Source: a virus (taxonomy: Duplodnaviria; Heunggongvirae; Uroviricota; Caudoviricetes). From it: a DNA stretch of 36,962 bases. The notes beneath the pieces were generated by a model, which worked only from the letters and a program-made list of their open reading frames with translations, was not told where the DNA came from and made no database searches. This document shows positions 8,500-17,154 of this stretch, in pieces (position 1 is the first letter of the stretch; the number at the start of each line of letters is the position of its first letter). The translations under genes were made by a program, and so were the position numbers. The stretch lies in IMG/VR virus record IMGVR_UViG_2534681703_000017. One strand, 5' to 3'.

Positions 8500-8543
8500 G
8501 ACCAAAACATATGTTTTGGTCTGCCAAAAGTGATGTTTTGGTC
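8500..8543. promoter_or_regulatory. Perfect 22-bp palindrome GACCAAAACATATGTTTTGGTC (8500-8521) plus direct copy of half-site ATGTTTTGGTC (8533-8543)
   Basis: Read directly from sequence; candidate dimeric protein-binding site inside the early region. Confidence 0.45.
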
Positions 8544-8546
8544 ATT

Positions 8547-8825
8547 ATGAAAATTGAACAAATCGGAATAGCTGCCTTCAGGCAGCAGGCTGAAAGCGGT
8601 GGTGTGGATGAGTTCGTCGTGCAGCGGTTCGGTGGTGTGTATCACCTCTTCGCTGTGAATCGCCGCGCCGGGGTGTCCTATTTTCTACAGGAACGCCGTG
8701 GCGATTACAAGACGTGGCTGTCTCTTGACCGTGCCGCCGCGTTCCTGTCGGGGATTGGTGTTTCACGTTTTACCGTGCGTTTTGAGGATAACAAACATGC
8801 TGAAAAAGATGATCGGGGCCATTAA
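8547..8825 (+). CDS. Hypothetical protein (92 aa; track ORF starts at 8493)
   Basis: In-frame ATGs at 8493, 8511 and 8547; the first two lie inside the palindrome, so the start is uncertain. 3' end overlaps the GemA-like gene. Confidence 0.3.
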   Translation: MKIEQIGIAAFRQQAESGGVDEFVVQRFGGVYHLFAVNRRAGVSYFLQERRGDYKTWLSLDRAAAFLSGIGVSRFTVRFEDNKHAEKDDRGH

Positions 8826-9192
8826 AGCCGGTCAGGCGTATCTGGGGTGGGATGATGCCCTTTATCGCCAGACGCTGGCCCGCCTGACCGGTAAAACCAG
8901 CACCACACGCTGCAATCTCGATGAACTGCGCATCATCCGGGAATACATGCACGAACAGGGATTCCCGCGCAAGGCACCCGCTGGTAAAGGTCGCCGCCCT
9001 CGTGTTGCAATGAGCAGAAAATCAGTATTATCCAAAATTGAAGCGTTGCTGGCTGATGCCGGTCGTTCCTGGGCGTATGTAGAAGGACTGGCATCTCACA
9101 TGTATAAGCAACATGTGATCGAATGGCTGACGGATGAACAGCTTTTTGGAGTGATGGTGGCGCTGGTTAAAGATTCAAGGAGACGTAAATGA
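8797..9192 (+). CDS. GemA-like (Mu gp16 family) protein
   Basis: ATG at 8797 preceded by GAGGA; LGWDDALYRQTLARLTGKTS...LRIIREYM resembles GemA/DUF1018 as remembered; the track ORF 8698..9192 extends upstream in the same frame. Confidence 0.5.
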   Translation: MLKKMIGAIKAGQAYLGWDDALYRQTLARLTGKTSTTRCNLDELRIIREYMHEQGFPRKAPAGKGRRPRVAMSRKSVLSKIEALLADAGRSWAYVEGLASHMYKQHVIEWLTDEQLFGVMVALVKDSRRRK

Positions 9193-9527
9193 AAAAACTG
9201 TTATTACTTATTCTGACTTTATGTTTTACAGGGATATCCCATGCTTCTGATTCAGAGGAAGATTTGATCAAAAAAACATTACAGGGCGATTATCAGGCAC
9301 AACGTAATCTGGCTTATTCATACATGAATGGCTGGGATGATATTTCAAAGGATACCATCAGAGGATGCGCTCTCAGGAAGGTTATTCTCTTAACACAAGC
9401 CCAAGCTGACATTGGCGATTATGGAAATGAAGCCATAGATTGTCGAAAAGTGCATCCAACAGATAACCAGAAAGTATGGGAGTATGTCAGAGGATACCTG
9501 GTGTTGATAAACGAGAATAAAAAATAA
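9189..9527 (+). CDS. Secreted (signal-peptide) protein, unknown function
   Basis: N-terminus MKKLLLLILTLCFTGISHA is a classic cleavable signal peptide; sits between the GemA-like and Mor/C-like genes. Confidence 0.5.
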   Translation: MKKLLLLILTLCFTGISHASDSEEDLIKKTLQGDYQAQRNLAYSYMNGWDDISKDTIRGCALRKVILLTQAQADIGDYGNEAIDCRKVHPTDNQKVWEYVRGYLVLINENKK

Positions 9528-9539
9528 TATGAATAACAA

Positions 9540-9563
9540 CCTTCGCAAACGCGGAGGTTTTTT
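9540..9563 (+). terminator. Putative intrinsic terminator: CCTTCGC-AAAC-GCGGAGG (one G-U pair) followed by TTTTTT
   Basis: Stem-loop and T-run read from sequence, directly downstream of the gene ending at 9527. Confidence 0.5.
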
Positions 9564-9569
9564 ATGGTC

Positions 9570-9597
9570 TGTACAGGCGATCATGTATGGCTATAAT
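9570..9597 (+). promoter_or_regulatory. Putative promoter with strong -10 (TATAAT 9592-9597) and weak -35 (TGTACA 9570-9575)
   Basis: Hexamers read from sequence, 16-nt spacer; placed between the terminator and the Mor/C-like gene. A poor -35 would fit an activator-dependent promoter. Confidence 0.35.
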
Positions 9598-9626
9598 AAC
9601 AGTAAGTTACTAACGGAGACGCCATC

Positions 9627-10094
9627 ATGCAGACCTTCAGTGAAACAGATCTTCGCGATGCACAGGCACTGCTACCCGATTCCGTACAGCAACTGATTAG
9701 CGTGATTGGCTTCCCCGCCCTGACCCGGTTGATTTGTTCTTTTGGTGGTGTGACGTTAAGTGGTAAAACCGGCGCACACGCCGAACGCACCGGCGGTGTC
9801 CATGCCCTGTTACATGACGTGCTGACCGAAGACGAAATCAACAAACTGATCCGCTTTCTTGGCGGTGCACCGTTTTACATTCCCCGTTGCGATCATGCGT
9901 TACGTGCCCTGCGTAACACCCGTTTTATGGCTGATTTACAGCAGCATGTAAAAGGCGGATGCTCACACCGGCAGGCGCTGGCACTGCTCTGTCCCCGTTA
10001 CGGCATTTCAGACCGGTACGCATGGCAGCTGATACACCGACGACAAAAACAGACTTCGCTGAAAAGCCCCACCCAGGTGGGGCTTTTTGATTAA
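9627..10094 (+). CDS. Mor/C-family transcription activator
   Basis: 155 aa; FLGGAPFYIPR and C-terminal HTH-like ISDRYAWQLIHRR resemble the Mu Mor/C family (..GGQVYIPRG..) as remembered. Confidence 0.6.
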   Translation: MQTFSETDLRDAQALLPDSVQQLISVIGFPALTRLICSFGGVTLSGKTGAHAERTGGVHALLHDVLTEDEINKLIRFLGGAPFYIPRCDHALRALRNTRFMADLQQHVKGGCSHRQALALLCPRYGISDRYAWQLIHRRQKQTSLKSPTQVGLFD

Positions 10095-10121
10095 TGGGCC
10101 TCAGAAAAAAGGAGACACGAA

Positions 10122-10409
10122 ATGATGCGTTCTGACACCGATATCGACTATGCAGTACTCGGTGAATATACCGCATTTTCAGACAAGGCCCGGGATGCAG
10201 CCCGTCGCCGACATGCTGAAATGTGTAATTTATCCAGTTACCTGGCGAAACAGGCCCAAAGCCCGGAATCAGTAACGAATCATGATGAAGTGCTGTCAGC
10301 CGTAAACAGAATGATTGACGCAGAACGGGAAATGCGTAATGCCGTGGAAAGAGCTAACCTGCTGGCGCGGGCATGTTATAAGCCACCATTAAAACTCGCT
10401 TCTCTTTAA
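10122..10409 (+). CDS. Hypothetical protein (95 aa)
   Basis: Track ORF with AAGGAGA-like RBS upstream. Confidence 0.4.
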   Translation: MMRSDTDIDYAVLGEYTAFSDKARDAARRRHAEMCNLSSYLAKQAQSPESVTNHDEVLSAVNRMIDAEREMRNAVERANLLARACYKPPLKLASL

Positions 10410-10432
10410 CCCATCCAGATAATCAACCTGCC

Positions 10433-10461
10433 GGGGGTGCTGAACTCCCCCAGCAGTACCC
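10433..10461. promoter_or_regulatory. Conserved late-region motif, copy A (GGGGGTGCTGAACTCCCCCAGCAGTACCC)
   Basis: Shares GGGTGCTGAAC plus C-rich tract and CAGTACCC with 17855-17883; lies in the ~190-bp gap upstream of the lysis genes. Confidence 0.45.
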
Positions 10462-10596
10462 ACCACACCAGACCGTTTACCCTGTCCACTCAGACCACAA
10501 GGCACCTTAAGGGATAGCGCCCTGCAAAAGGCTTTTGTGCCTTTGACAGGGTGTTATTTACGGGCCGTCAGTGGCTCAGATTTACAGGAGAAACTC

Positions 10597-10989
10597 ATGT
10601 CTGAACCCTTATCAGGCGGCGGAGCTGTGGCAGTCACCATCGGTGGTGCCAGTGTGTTTGGCCTTCTCACCAATACTGATTTCGGGGTCGTGGTGGGCGC
10701 GTTTGCTGGGGCGCTTTTTGTTGTCACGCAGCAGAAAGAAATCCCGGCATGGCGAATGGCTATTCACCTGCTCGTCGCGTTTGTGGTTGGCGTTCTGGGG
10801 GCTGGCGTGGCTGCGTCACTGATGCAGTGGCTGACCCACTATAACGACAAACCGCTTGATGCATTGTGTGCGGTCGGTGTCTCGGCGTTATCCATCAAGA
10901 TACTGACCTTTCTTTATCAACAGGAAATTTCATCGCTGTTCGGCCTGTTTTCCAGACTGCGCGGCGGAGGGGGTGGAAATGGAAAGTAG
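10597..10989 (+). CDS. Multi-pass membrane protein, putative holin
   Basis: ATG 10597 after CAGGAG; three to four hydrophobic segments; first gene of the lysis cassette. Confidence 0.45.
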   Translation: MSEPLSGGGAVAVTIGGASVFGLLTNTDFGVVVGAFAGALFVVTQQKEIPAWRMAIHLLVAFVVGVLGAGVAASLMQWLTHYNDKPLDALCAVGVSALSIKILTFLYQQEISSLFGLFSRLRGGGGGNGK

Positions 10990-11275
10990 CCTTGCCGGTA
11001 TCGTGAACGTCTGGCTGTGTCTCGCCATTGTGCTGGGGTTGTTTGTATATCGCCGACACGGTGCGGCGCATAAACCGATGATTACCTGGCTGGCGTACTG
11101 GCTGATGCTCGGCTACATCATCATCCCGTTCCGCTGGCTGTCCGGTACATACACGCACTCCAGCTGGCTGGTTGTGGCGCTGAATCTGGTTTTCTGTGCG
11201 CTTATCGTGTGGGCGCACGGGAATTTGTCAAAAATCCTTTCGTTACTGAGGCATCCACATGAAATCAAAAGATGA
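10973..11275 (+). CDS. Membrane protein, putative holin/antiholin
   Basis: 100 aa with about three predicted transmembrane helices, immediately upstream of the endolysin. Confidence 0.45.
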   Translation: MEMESSLAGIVNVWLCLAIVLGLFVYRRHGAAHKPMITWLAYWLMLGYIIIPFRWLSGTYTHSSWLVVALNLVFCALIVWAHGNLSKILSLLRHPHEIKR

Positions 11276-11804
11276 CATTTTTGATGAAGTCCTGGGCAAA
11301 GAAGGCGGTTACGTCAATCACCCGGACGATAAGGGCGGTCCGACCAAATGGGGCATTACGGAAAAAGTTGCCCGCGCCCACGGATACCGTGGCGATATGC
11401 GCAATTTAACCCGCGAACAGGCGCTGGACATCCTTGAAGCTGATTACTGGTATGGCCCGCGATTTGACCAGGTTGCGGCATTATCCCCTGATATTGCCGC
11501 AGAGCTGTGTGATACCGGTGTGAATATGGGGCCATCTGTGGCGTCAAGAATGCTTCAGCGCTGGCTGAATGTGTTCAATCTGCGCGGCAGGATGTATCCC
11601 GATATGGATGCAGACGGACGCATCGGGCCTCGCACCATCAGTGCATTGCGCGCCTTCCTGAATAATCGCGGTCAGGACGGTGAACGGGTGATGCTGACGG
11701 CCCTGAACTGCACGCAGGGGGACTGCTATCTGGAACTGGCAGAGAAACGCGAGGCTAACGAATCGTTTGTTTATGGCTGGCTGAAGGAGCGCGTGGCGGT
11801 ATGA
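11259..11804 (+). CDS. Endolysin, GH108-type lysozyme with C-terminal peptidoglycan-binding domain
   Basis: N-terminal GGYVNHPDDKGGPTKWGIT is the GH108 signature as remembered; no N-terminal signal-anchor. Confidence 0.7.
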   Translation: MKSKDDIFDEVLGKEGGYVNHPDDKGGPTKWGITEKVARAHGYRGDMRNLTREQALDILEADYWYGPRFDQVAALSPDIAAELCDTGVNMGPSVASRMLQRWLNVFNLRGRMYPDMDADGRIGPRTISALRAFLNNRGQDGERVMLTALNCTQGDCYLELAEKREANESFVYGWLKERVAV

Positions 11805-11983
11805 CGCGTCAGTACTGGACCCACAGAACGCCACGTAAAGCCGCGCGCTGTGTTCTGGCCCTGTTTCTGGTGATGTTGCTTCCGGTGGGATGCACAGACA
11901 TTAACAGAGCGGGCCAGCTGTTTGACGCGGCGGCGCAGGTCTGCCGGATTATTGACGGTATCCGGCAGTGTTCGCAGAACTGA
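11801..11983 (+). CDS. Small lipoprotein-like or membrane protein (60 aa), possible spanin component
   Basis: Basic N-terminus, hydrophobic stretch ending LPVGC, three Cys; overlaps the endolysin stop. Lipobox is non-canonical. Confidence 0.3.
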   Translation: MTRQYWTHRTPRKAARCVLALFLVMLLPVGCTDINRAGQLFDAAAQVCRIIDGIRQCSQN

Positions 11984-12056
11984 TTTTTTGAGGTCTGACA
12001 TAGTGAGCATTATCAGATTTACAGAATACAGAGGTTCAGGAGGTGCTGGCGCTGTC

Positions 12057-12209
12057 ATGGTGCTCGCTGAACGCATCACCCATTTTTACCGTCAGTACGG
12101 TACACATGATGGCACGGTCATTGAACTGGATACCGGGAAAAACGTGTATGTTCTTGAAAATCCCGACGAAGTTAAATGTCTGATTGAACAGGATCAGAAG
12201 GACACTTAA
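12057..12209 (+). CDS. Hypothetical small protein (50 aa)
   Basis: ATG 12057 about 13 nt after AGGAGG; in frame with the longer track ORF 11922..12209; start uncertain. Confidence 0.25.
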   Translation: MVLAERITHFYRQYGTHDGTVIELDTGKNVYVLENPDEVKCLIEQDQKDT

Positions 12210-12709
12210 TGGCGTGGTCACAGGATATCAGGGACAAAGTCCGTAACGGGTACATCTTTGACCAGCTTCCGCTGGATATCGTCGCCATGAAGTACGCCGT
12301 GCCGCACGACACCGCGCGGCGCTGGAAAACGCAGGCAATGAAGAACGGCGACGACTGGGACAAGCTGCGGGCCGCGCACGCGCTCGCCGGTGACGGGCTG
12401 GAAAGTGTCGCCCGCACCGTGCTTATCAGTCTGGTGGTGAAGTGTCAGACGACGCTTGAGCGGCTGAACCAGAACCCGGACATCCCGCCGCAGGAGTCCG
12501 TCGAACTGCTGGCGAGTCTGTCTGACAGTCTCAGTAAGGCGGTGGCCAGCAGCAAAAAAATCCTGCCGGAAACCGACCGGCTCGCCACGGCACTGGAAGT
12601 GGTGCAGCGGCTCGGCGCGTTCATCAAGGAGCGTCACCCGGCACAGTATGCCCCGTTTCTTGAGGTGCTCGAAGGCTTCGCTAAAGAGCTTGAGGATAAT
12701 TTCAGTTAA
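12209..12709 (+). CDS. Putative terminase small subunit (Mu gp27-like, DUF1804-like)
   Basis: 166-aa ORF immediately upstream of the large terminase; family assignment from memory and synteny. Confidence 0.45.
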   Translation: MAWSQDIRDKVRNGYIFDQLPLDIVAMKYAVPHDTARRWKTQAMKNGDDWDKLRAAHALAGDGLESVARTVLISLVVKCQTTLERLNQNPDIPPQESVELLASLSDSLSKAVASSKKILPETDRLATALEVVQRLGAFIKERHPAQYAPFLEVLEGFAKELEDNFS

Positions 12710-12715
12710 CCACAG

Positions 12716-12735
12716 CGGCCCGGTTTTCCGGGCCG
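12716..12735 (+). other. Stable hairpin CGGCCCGG-TTTT-CCGGGCCG between the two terminase genes
   Basis: Perfect 8-bp GC stem with 4-nt loop read from sequence; the following sequence is only weakly T-rich. Confidence 0.4.
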
Positions 12736-12743
12736 TCTGATAT

Positions 12744-14402
12744 TTGTATACCAGGTGTGACGTGGCAAAACGTAAACTTTCCATTAAAGAGTTTCAGAGA
12801 AGCTTACAGGAATATATCGCCAACCTCCGCCAGACCATTGAGGCTGAATGTCTGGGGTTCGATGTTAACCCGCAGGCCACACAGGCCCGCCGGGCGGCAG
12901 TCTGCGACCCGGTGACGGGCTACGATTATTTTGTCGAAAACTATTTCCCGCACTACGTCCGCAACCCGGCAAAAAGTGAGCTGCATAAATACCTGTTCAG
13001 CCGTCTGCCACAGGTTGTGGCAAGCCCTGACCCGGAGAACGACGCCATCGCCGCGCCCCGTGGTGAAGCAAAATCCACGCTGGTGACGCAGCTGTTTACC
13101 CTGTGGACCATTATCCGGGCCATTAAACATTACCCGGTCATCATTATGGACAGTATCGACCAGGCTTATCCGATGCTGGAAGCCATCAAGGCTGAACTGG
13201 AATTTAACCCCCGTTTAAAAAACGATTTCCCGGAAGTGTGCGGTCAGGGGCGCGTCTGGCGTATGGGGACCATTGTCACGGCTAACAATATCAAGGTGAC
13301 CGTTGCCGGTAGTGGTAAAAAGCTGCGTGGTCTGCGCCACGGTCCGTACCGTCCTGACCTGGTCATCCTCGACGACATCGAGAACGACGAGATGGTGCGT
13401 AACCCGGAGCAGCGCGACAAGCTGCATGACTGGCTCACTAAAGCCGTGATGCCGCTGGGTGAGGCTGGCGGTAAAACCGATATTATTTATATCGGGACCA
13501 TCCTGCATTACGACTCCGTACTGTCGCGCACGCTGAATAACCCGATGTGGAAAACGGCCCGCTTTAAGGCAGTTATTCAGTGGCCTGCCAATATGAAGCT
13601 GTGGGACGAGTGGGAAGAACTCATCCGCAACAAACAGCCGGAAGCAGCAGAGGCACTTTACCGACAGAACGAAGCTGACATGCTCGCCGGGTCGGTGGTG
13701 TCATGGGCGGCGCGTCCCCTGCTGGCACTGATGAAAATCCGTGTCCGTGACGGTCATGACACCTTTGATTCTGAATACCAGAACGACCCGGTCAGCGGTG
13801 AAGATGCGCTGTTTGCGGGCTGCATTAAGTTCTGGGTTAACCGTCTTGATGAATGGGTGTTTTATGGTGCGGTTGACCCCAGTCTCGGGAAGAAAAACAA
13901 AAACCGTGACCCGTCGGCCATTCTCGTGGGGGGCTTTAACCGCTTTACCGGCATTCTGGATGTGGTTGAAGCCGATATCCGCCGACGACTGCCAAACAAA
14001 CTTATCGAGGACGTGATTAAGTATCAGCGGGAATATCACTGCCTGTGCTGGTCGTTTGAGTCCGTTCAGTTTCAGGAGTTTCTGCGTACCGTGCTGGTTG
14101 AGCGTTCGGCGGCGCTGGGCGTTCCGGTTCCGGCGCTGCCGGTCATCCCGCTGGAGGATAAGGCGCTGCGTATCGAATCCCTTCAGCCGCATATGGCCAA
14201 CGGCCTGATTCGTATCAGTCACACACATCAGACACTGATTGACCAGCTGCGCCACTACCCCAAAGCCGACCACGATGATGGCCCGGACTGTCTGCACATG
14301 CTGTGGACGCTGGCGGTATCGCGTAGCGCAAAATTTCAGATACACACCCCACGCAGCACCGGGCGTGACCGTGGCGGGCGTTTTGGTTCAGGAGGATGGT
14401 AA
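12744..14402 (+). CDS. Terminase large subunit (Mu gp28-like)
   Basis: 552 aa; Walker A-like motif around PRGEAKST; position before the portal. Start uncertain (TTG 12744 or in-frame GTG 12762). Confidence 0.75.
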   Translation: MYTRCDVAKRKLSIKEFQRSLQEYIANLRQTIEAECLGFDVNPQATQARRAAVCDPVTGYDYFVENYFPHYVRNPAKSELHKYLFSRLPQVVASPDPENDAIAAPRGEAKSTLVTQLFTLWTIIRAIKHYPVIIMDSIDQAYPMLEAIKAELEFNPRLKNDFPEVCGQGRVWRMGTIVTANNIKVTVAGSGKKLRGLRHGPYRPDLVILDDIENDEMVRNPEQRDKLHDWLTKAVMPLGEAGGKTDIIYIGTILHYDSVLSRTLNNPMWKTARFKAVIQWPANMKLWDEWEELIRNKQPEAAEALYRQNEADMLAGSVVSWAARPLLALMKIRVRDGHDTFDSEYQNDPVSGEDALFAGCIKFWVNRLDEWVFYGAVDPSLGKKNKNRDPSAILVGGFNRFTGILDVVEADIRRRLPNKLIEDVIKYQREYHCLCWSFESVQFQEFLRTVLVERSAALGVPVPALPVIPLEDKALRIESLQPHMANGLIRISHTHQTLIDQLRHYPKADHDDGPDCLHMLWTLAVSRSAKFQIHTPRSTGRDRGGRFGSGGW

Positions 14403-14405
14403 TTA

Positions 14406-16001
14406 ATGGCACAGCTTGTTGATATTTGCGGACGCCCGCTGAAACGTGAGGCACTCAAAACCACGCAGTCGGTCAGAGTGGCGGAACGGCTGCGCATTTA
14501 TCCAGACCACCCGTCGCGTGGTCTGAACATCAGAAAACTGCCGCGCATTCTGGAAGCTGCCGAACGCGGTTATCTTCCGGCGCAGGCGATGCTGTTTGCG
14601 GATATGGAAGAGCGTGATGGTCATCTGTTCGCCGAGATGGAAAAGCGCAAAAAAGCGTTGCTGACGCTGGACTGGTCGGTGGAGCCGCCCCGCAATGCCT
14701 CGAAGGCAGAAAAGGAGCTGACTGCCGCCGTGGATGAGTGGCTGCACGGCATCCCGGACATGGAGGACATCATCCTCAACGGGATGACCAGTGTCGGTTA
14801 TGGCTTCAGTTGTCAGGAAATCAGCTGGGCGTTCGTGGATAAAACGTGGTTACCGGATGCGGTGACGCTGCGCCCGCATAACTGGTTTATTACCCTGCCG
14901 GAACACAATGACGAACTCCGGCTGGATGACGGCAACCGTGGGGAAGATGGTAAGGACGGCTCTGCACTGTGGCCGTTCGGCTGGCTGGTTCATCGTTACA
15001 ACGCCAGGTCGGGATTTCTGGGTTCATCCGGCCTGTTCCGCGTACTGGTCTGGCCGTATCTGTTTAAAAACTTCGCGCTGCGTGATATGGCGGAGTTTCT
15101 GGAGATTTACGGCCTTCCGGCGCGCATTGCGTACTATGCACAGGGCACCAGTGACGAGGACCGGGACAACATTCTTGAGGCGCTGGTCAATCTGGGTCAT
15201 GAAGCGGTGGCAGCCCTGCCGCAGGGTAACGAAATTGAGTTCAAGGAGGCCGCGTCCGGCGGACCGGAGGCGTTCATGTCGATGGTGGAATGGGCAGAGC
15301 GCACCACCTCAAAAGTGATTCTGGGCAGTACGCTGACCAGCCAGGCCGACGGTAAAACCTCCACCAACGCACTGGGTAATGTCCATAACGAGGTCAGGCA
15401 CGACATTCTGGCCGCCGATGCGCGCCAGCTGTCCGGCATGTTCAGCAGCCTGATACAGATGATGTCCAGCCTCAACGGCTGGCAGGATATCCCGCCACGC
15501 CGTCTGCCGCGACTGGTGTTTGATGTGCAGCAGGAAGCCGACATTAAGGGCGTGGCGGAAGCCGTCAGCGTGCTGGTCAACAATGTGGGAATGAAGGATA
15601 TCCCGGTGTCGTGGGTACGCAAAAAAACCGGTATCCCCACCCCGAAAGACGGCGAAGAGGTACTGGTGCCGGTGGCACAGCGTCTCCCTGTGCAGGCGGG
15701 CCTCAGCCAGTTGCGTGAGCGGCTGAATGTCGTCGCACTCAGTCAGCAGGACAACGGGGAGGACGACCCGGCACAACGCGCCATCGACCGGGCAGAACTT
15801 CCGGCAGAGGCCATCGCGCAGGGGATGAACGAACTGGTGGCCCCGCTGGTGCAGGCCATACAGGAAGGCCGGGATGCAGACGAGGCTATGAACGTACTGG
15901 CGGAAGCATGGCCGGAACTGCCGGATGAAACGCTGCGGCAGTTGCTGACACAGGCATTCTTTGTGGCGGATATCTGGGGGCGACTGAATGCCGAAAGCTG
16001 A
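14406..16001 (+). CDS. Portal protein (Mu gp29-like, DUF935)
   Basis: 531 aa following the large terminase; synteny and size. Confidence 0.75.
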   Translation: MAQLVDICGRPLKREALKTTQSVRVAERLRIYPDHPSRGLNIRKLPRILEAAERGYLPAQAMLFADMEERDGHLFAEMEKRKKALLTLDWSVEPPRNASKAEKELTAAVDEWLHGIPDMEDIILNGMTSVGYGFSCQEISWAFVDKTWLPDAVTLRPHNWFITLPEHNDELRLDDGNRGEDGKDGSALWPFGWLVHRYNARSGFLGSSGLFRVLVWPYLFKNFALRDMAEFLEIYGLPARIAYYAQGTSDEDRDNILEALVNLGHEAVAALPQGNEIEFKEAASGGPEAFMSMVEWAERTTSKVILGSTLTSQADGKTSTNALGNVHNEVRHDILAADARQLSGMFSSLIQMMSSLNGWQDIPPRRLPRLVFDVQQEADIKGVAEAVSVLVNNVGMKDIPVSWVRKKTGIPTPKDGEEVLVPVAQRLPVQAGLSQLRERLNVVALSQQDNGEDDPAQRAIDRAELPAEAIAQGMNELVAPLVQAIQEGRDADEAMNVLAEAWPELPDETLRQLLTQAFFVADIWGRLNAES

Positions 16002-17154
16002 CGATGTTGACCTGGGGTATGCGTACACCCTGAAACCGGAAGAAGCGATTAAGTATTTCGAAAGCAAGGGATACGTTATCGGCTTCCGCTGGCACGATGT
16101 GAAGGACATCGCCAGTGCCCGGGCGTTCACGGTGGCGGGCGTGCTGAAACTGGATGTGCTGAAGGATATCCGTGATGGACTGACGGCGGCACTGGCTGAC
16201 GGCGGGACGTTCCGGGAGTTTGCTGCACAACTGGAACCACTGCTGGAATCAAAAGGCTGGCTGGGTAAAAAACTGATTGTGGACGAGGACACCGGCGAAC
16301 TGCATGGCAGGCAGCTGACGCCGCGCCGGTTGCGTACGCTATTCGATACCAATATTCAGTCGTCATATAACGCCGGGCGTTATCAGCAACAGATGGCGAA
16401 CGTGGCTGACCGGCCTTATTTTGAGCGCGTGGCGGTGATGGACCTTCACACGCGCCCGAAACACGCCGCCCTGAACGGTTTTACCGCCCGGGCGGATGAC
16501 CCTGTCTGGGAGTATTTCTACGCGCCGGACGGATACGGATGCCGCTGCCGTATCCGTGCGCGTTCGGCGTCTGATGTGGAGAAATACGGCCTGACGGTGC
16601 AGAGCAGCGAGGGGCGACTGGTTGAGGTTGAACAGGAATATGGCCAGCCGGGCCAGACCATCAGAACGATGGGTCTGAAGATGCCGGATGGCTCCGTGTA
16701 TACCGCCGACCCGGGCTTCGGATTTAATCCCGGTCGGGTGGCATGGCAGCCGGAACTGGAAAAATATGATTACCGTAGCGCCCGCCAGTATGTCACCGGC
16801 ACCCTGACCGGGCCGGATTTTGCCCGGGGACTGGCGAACGTCAGCAAACTGGATGCGCGCCAGCGATATCCGCTGGCCATCCGTTCACCGGAACAGGTCG
16901 CTGCCACGGGCGCTGCACGGCAGACGGTAAACCTGACGGCTGACGTCATGAAGCGCCTCAGTGCAACAGACACGCCCCCGACCGCCGCCGACTATGTGCT
17001 GATGCAGCAGACCATCGAACGGGCGGAGCATGTCACGCAGGACGGCAACGCGTGGCGGTATGCGTTACAGTCAGGCGACCGCTGGTCGGTGGTGACGGTT
17101 GAGGATGACGTGCTGACAGACTGGGTTATGCAGGACACACCGGAGGCATCATGA
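15988..17154 (+). CDS. Head morphogenesis protein (Mu F / gp30-like)
   Basis: 388 aa after the portal, start overlapping the portal stop; Mu F position. Confidence 0.7.
   Translation: MPKADDVDLGYAYTLKPEEAIKYFESKGYVIGFRWHDVKDIASARAFTVAGVLKLDVLKDIRDGLTAALADGGTFREFAAQLEPLLESKGWLGKKLIVDEDTGELHGRQLTPRRLRTLFDTNIQSSYNAGRYQQQMANVADRPYFERVAVMDLHTRPKHAALNGFTARADDPVWEYFYAPDGYGCRCRIRARSASDVEKYGLTVQSSEGRLVEVEQEYGQPGQTIRTMGLKMPDGSVYTADPGFGFNPGRVAWQPELEKYDYRSARQYVTGTLTGPDFARGLANVSKLDARQRYPLAIRSPEQVAATGAARQTVNLTADVMKRLSATDTPPTAADYVLMQQTIERAEHVTQDGNAWRYALQSGDRWSVVTVEDDVLTDWVMQDTPEAS

Noticed and set aside
8433-8645. Minus-strand 70-aa ORF across the palindrome region
   Set aside because: It is largely an artefact of the palindrome (RPKHMFWSA is encoded on both strands); all neighbouring genes are on the plus strand and no RBS is evident.
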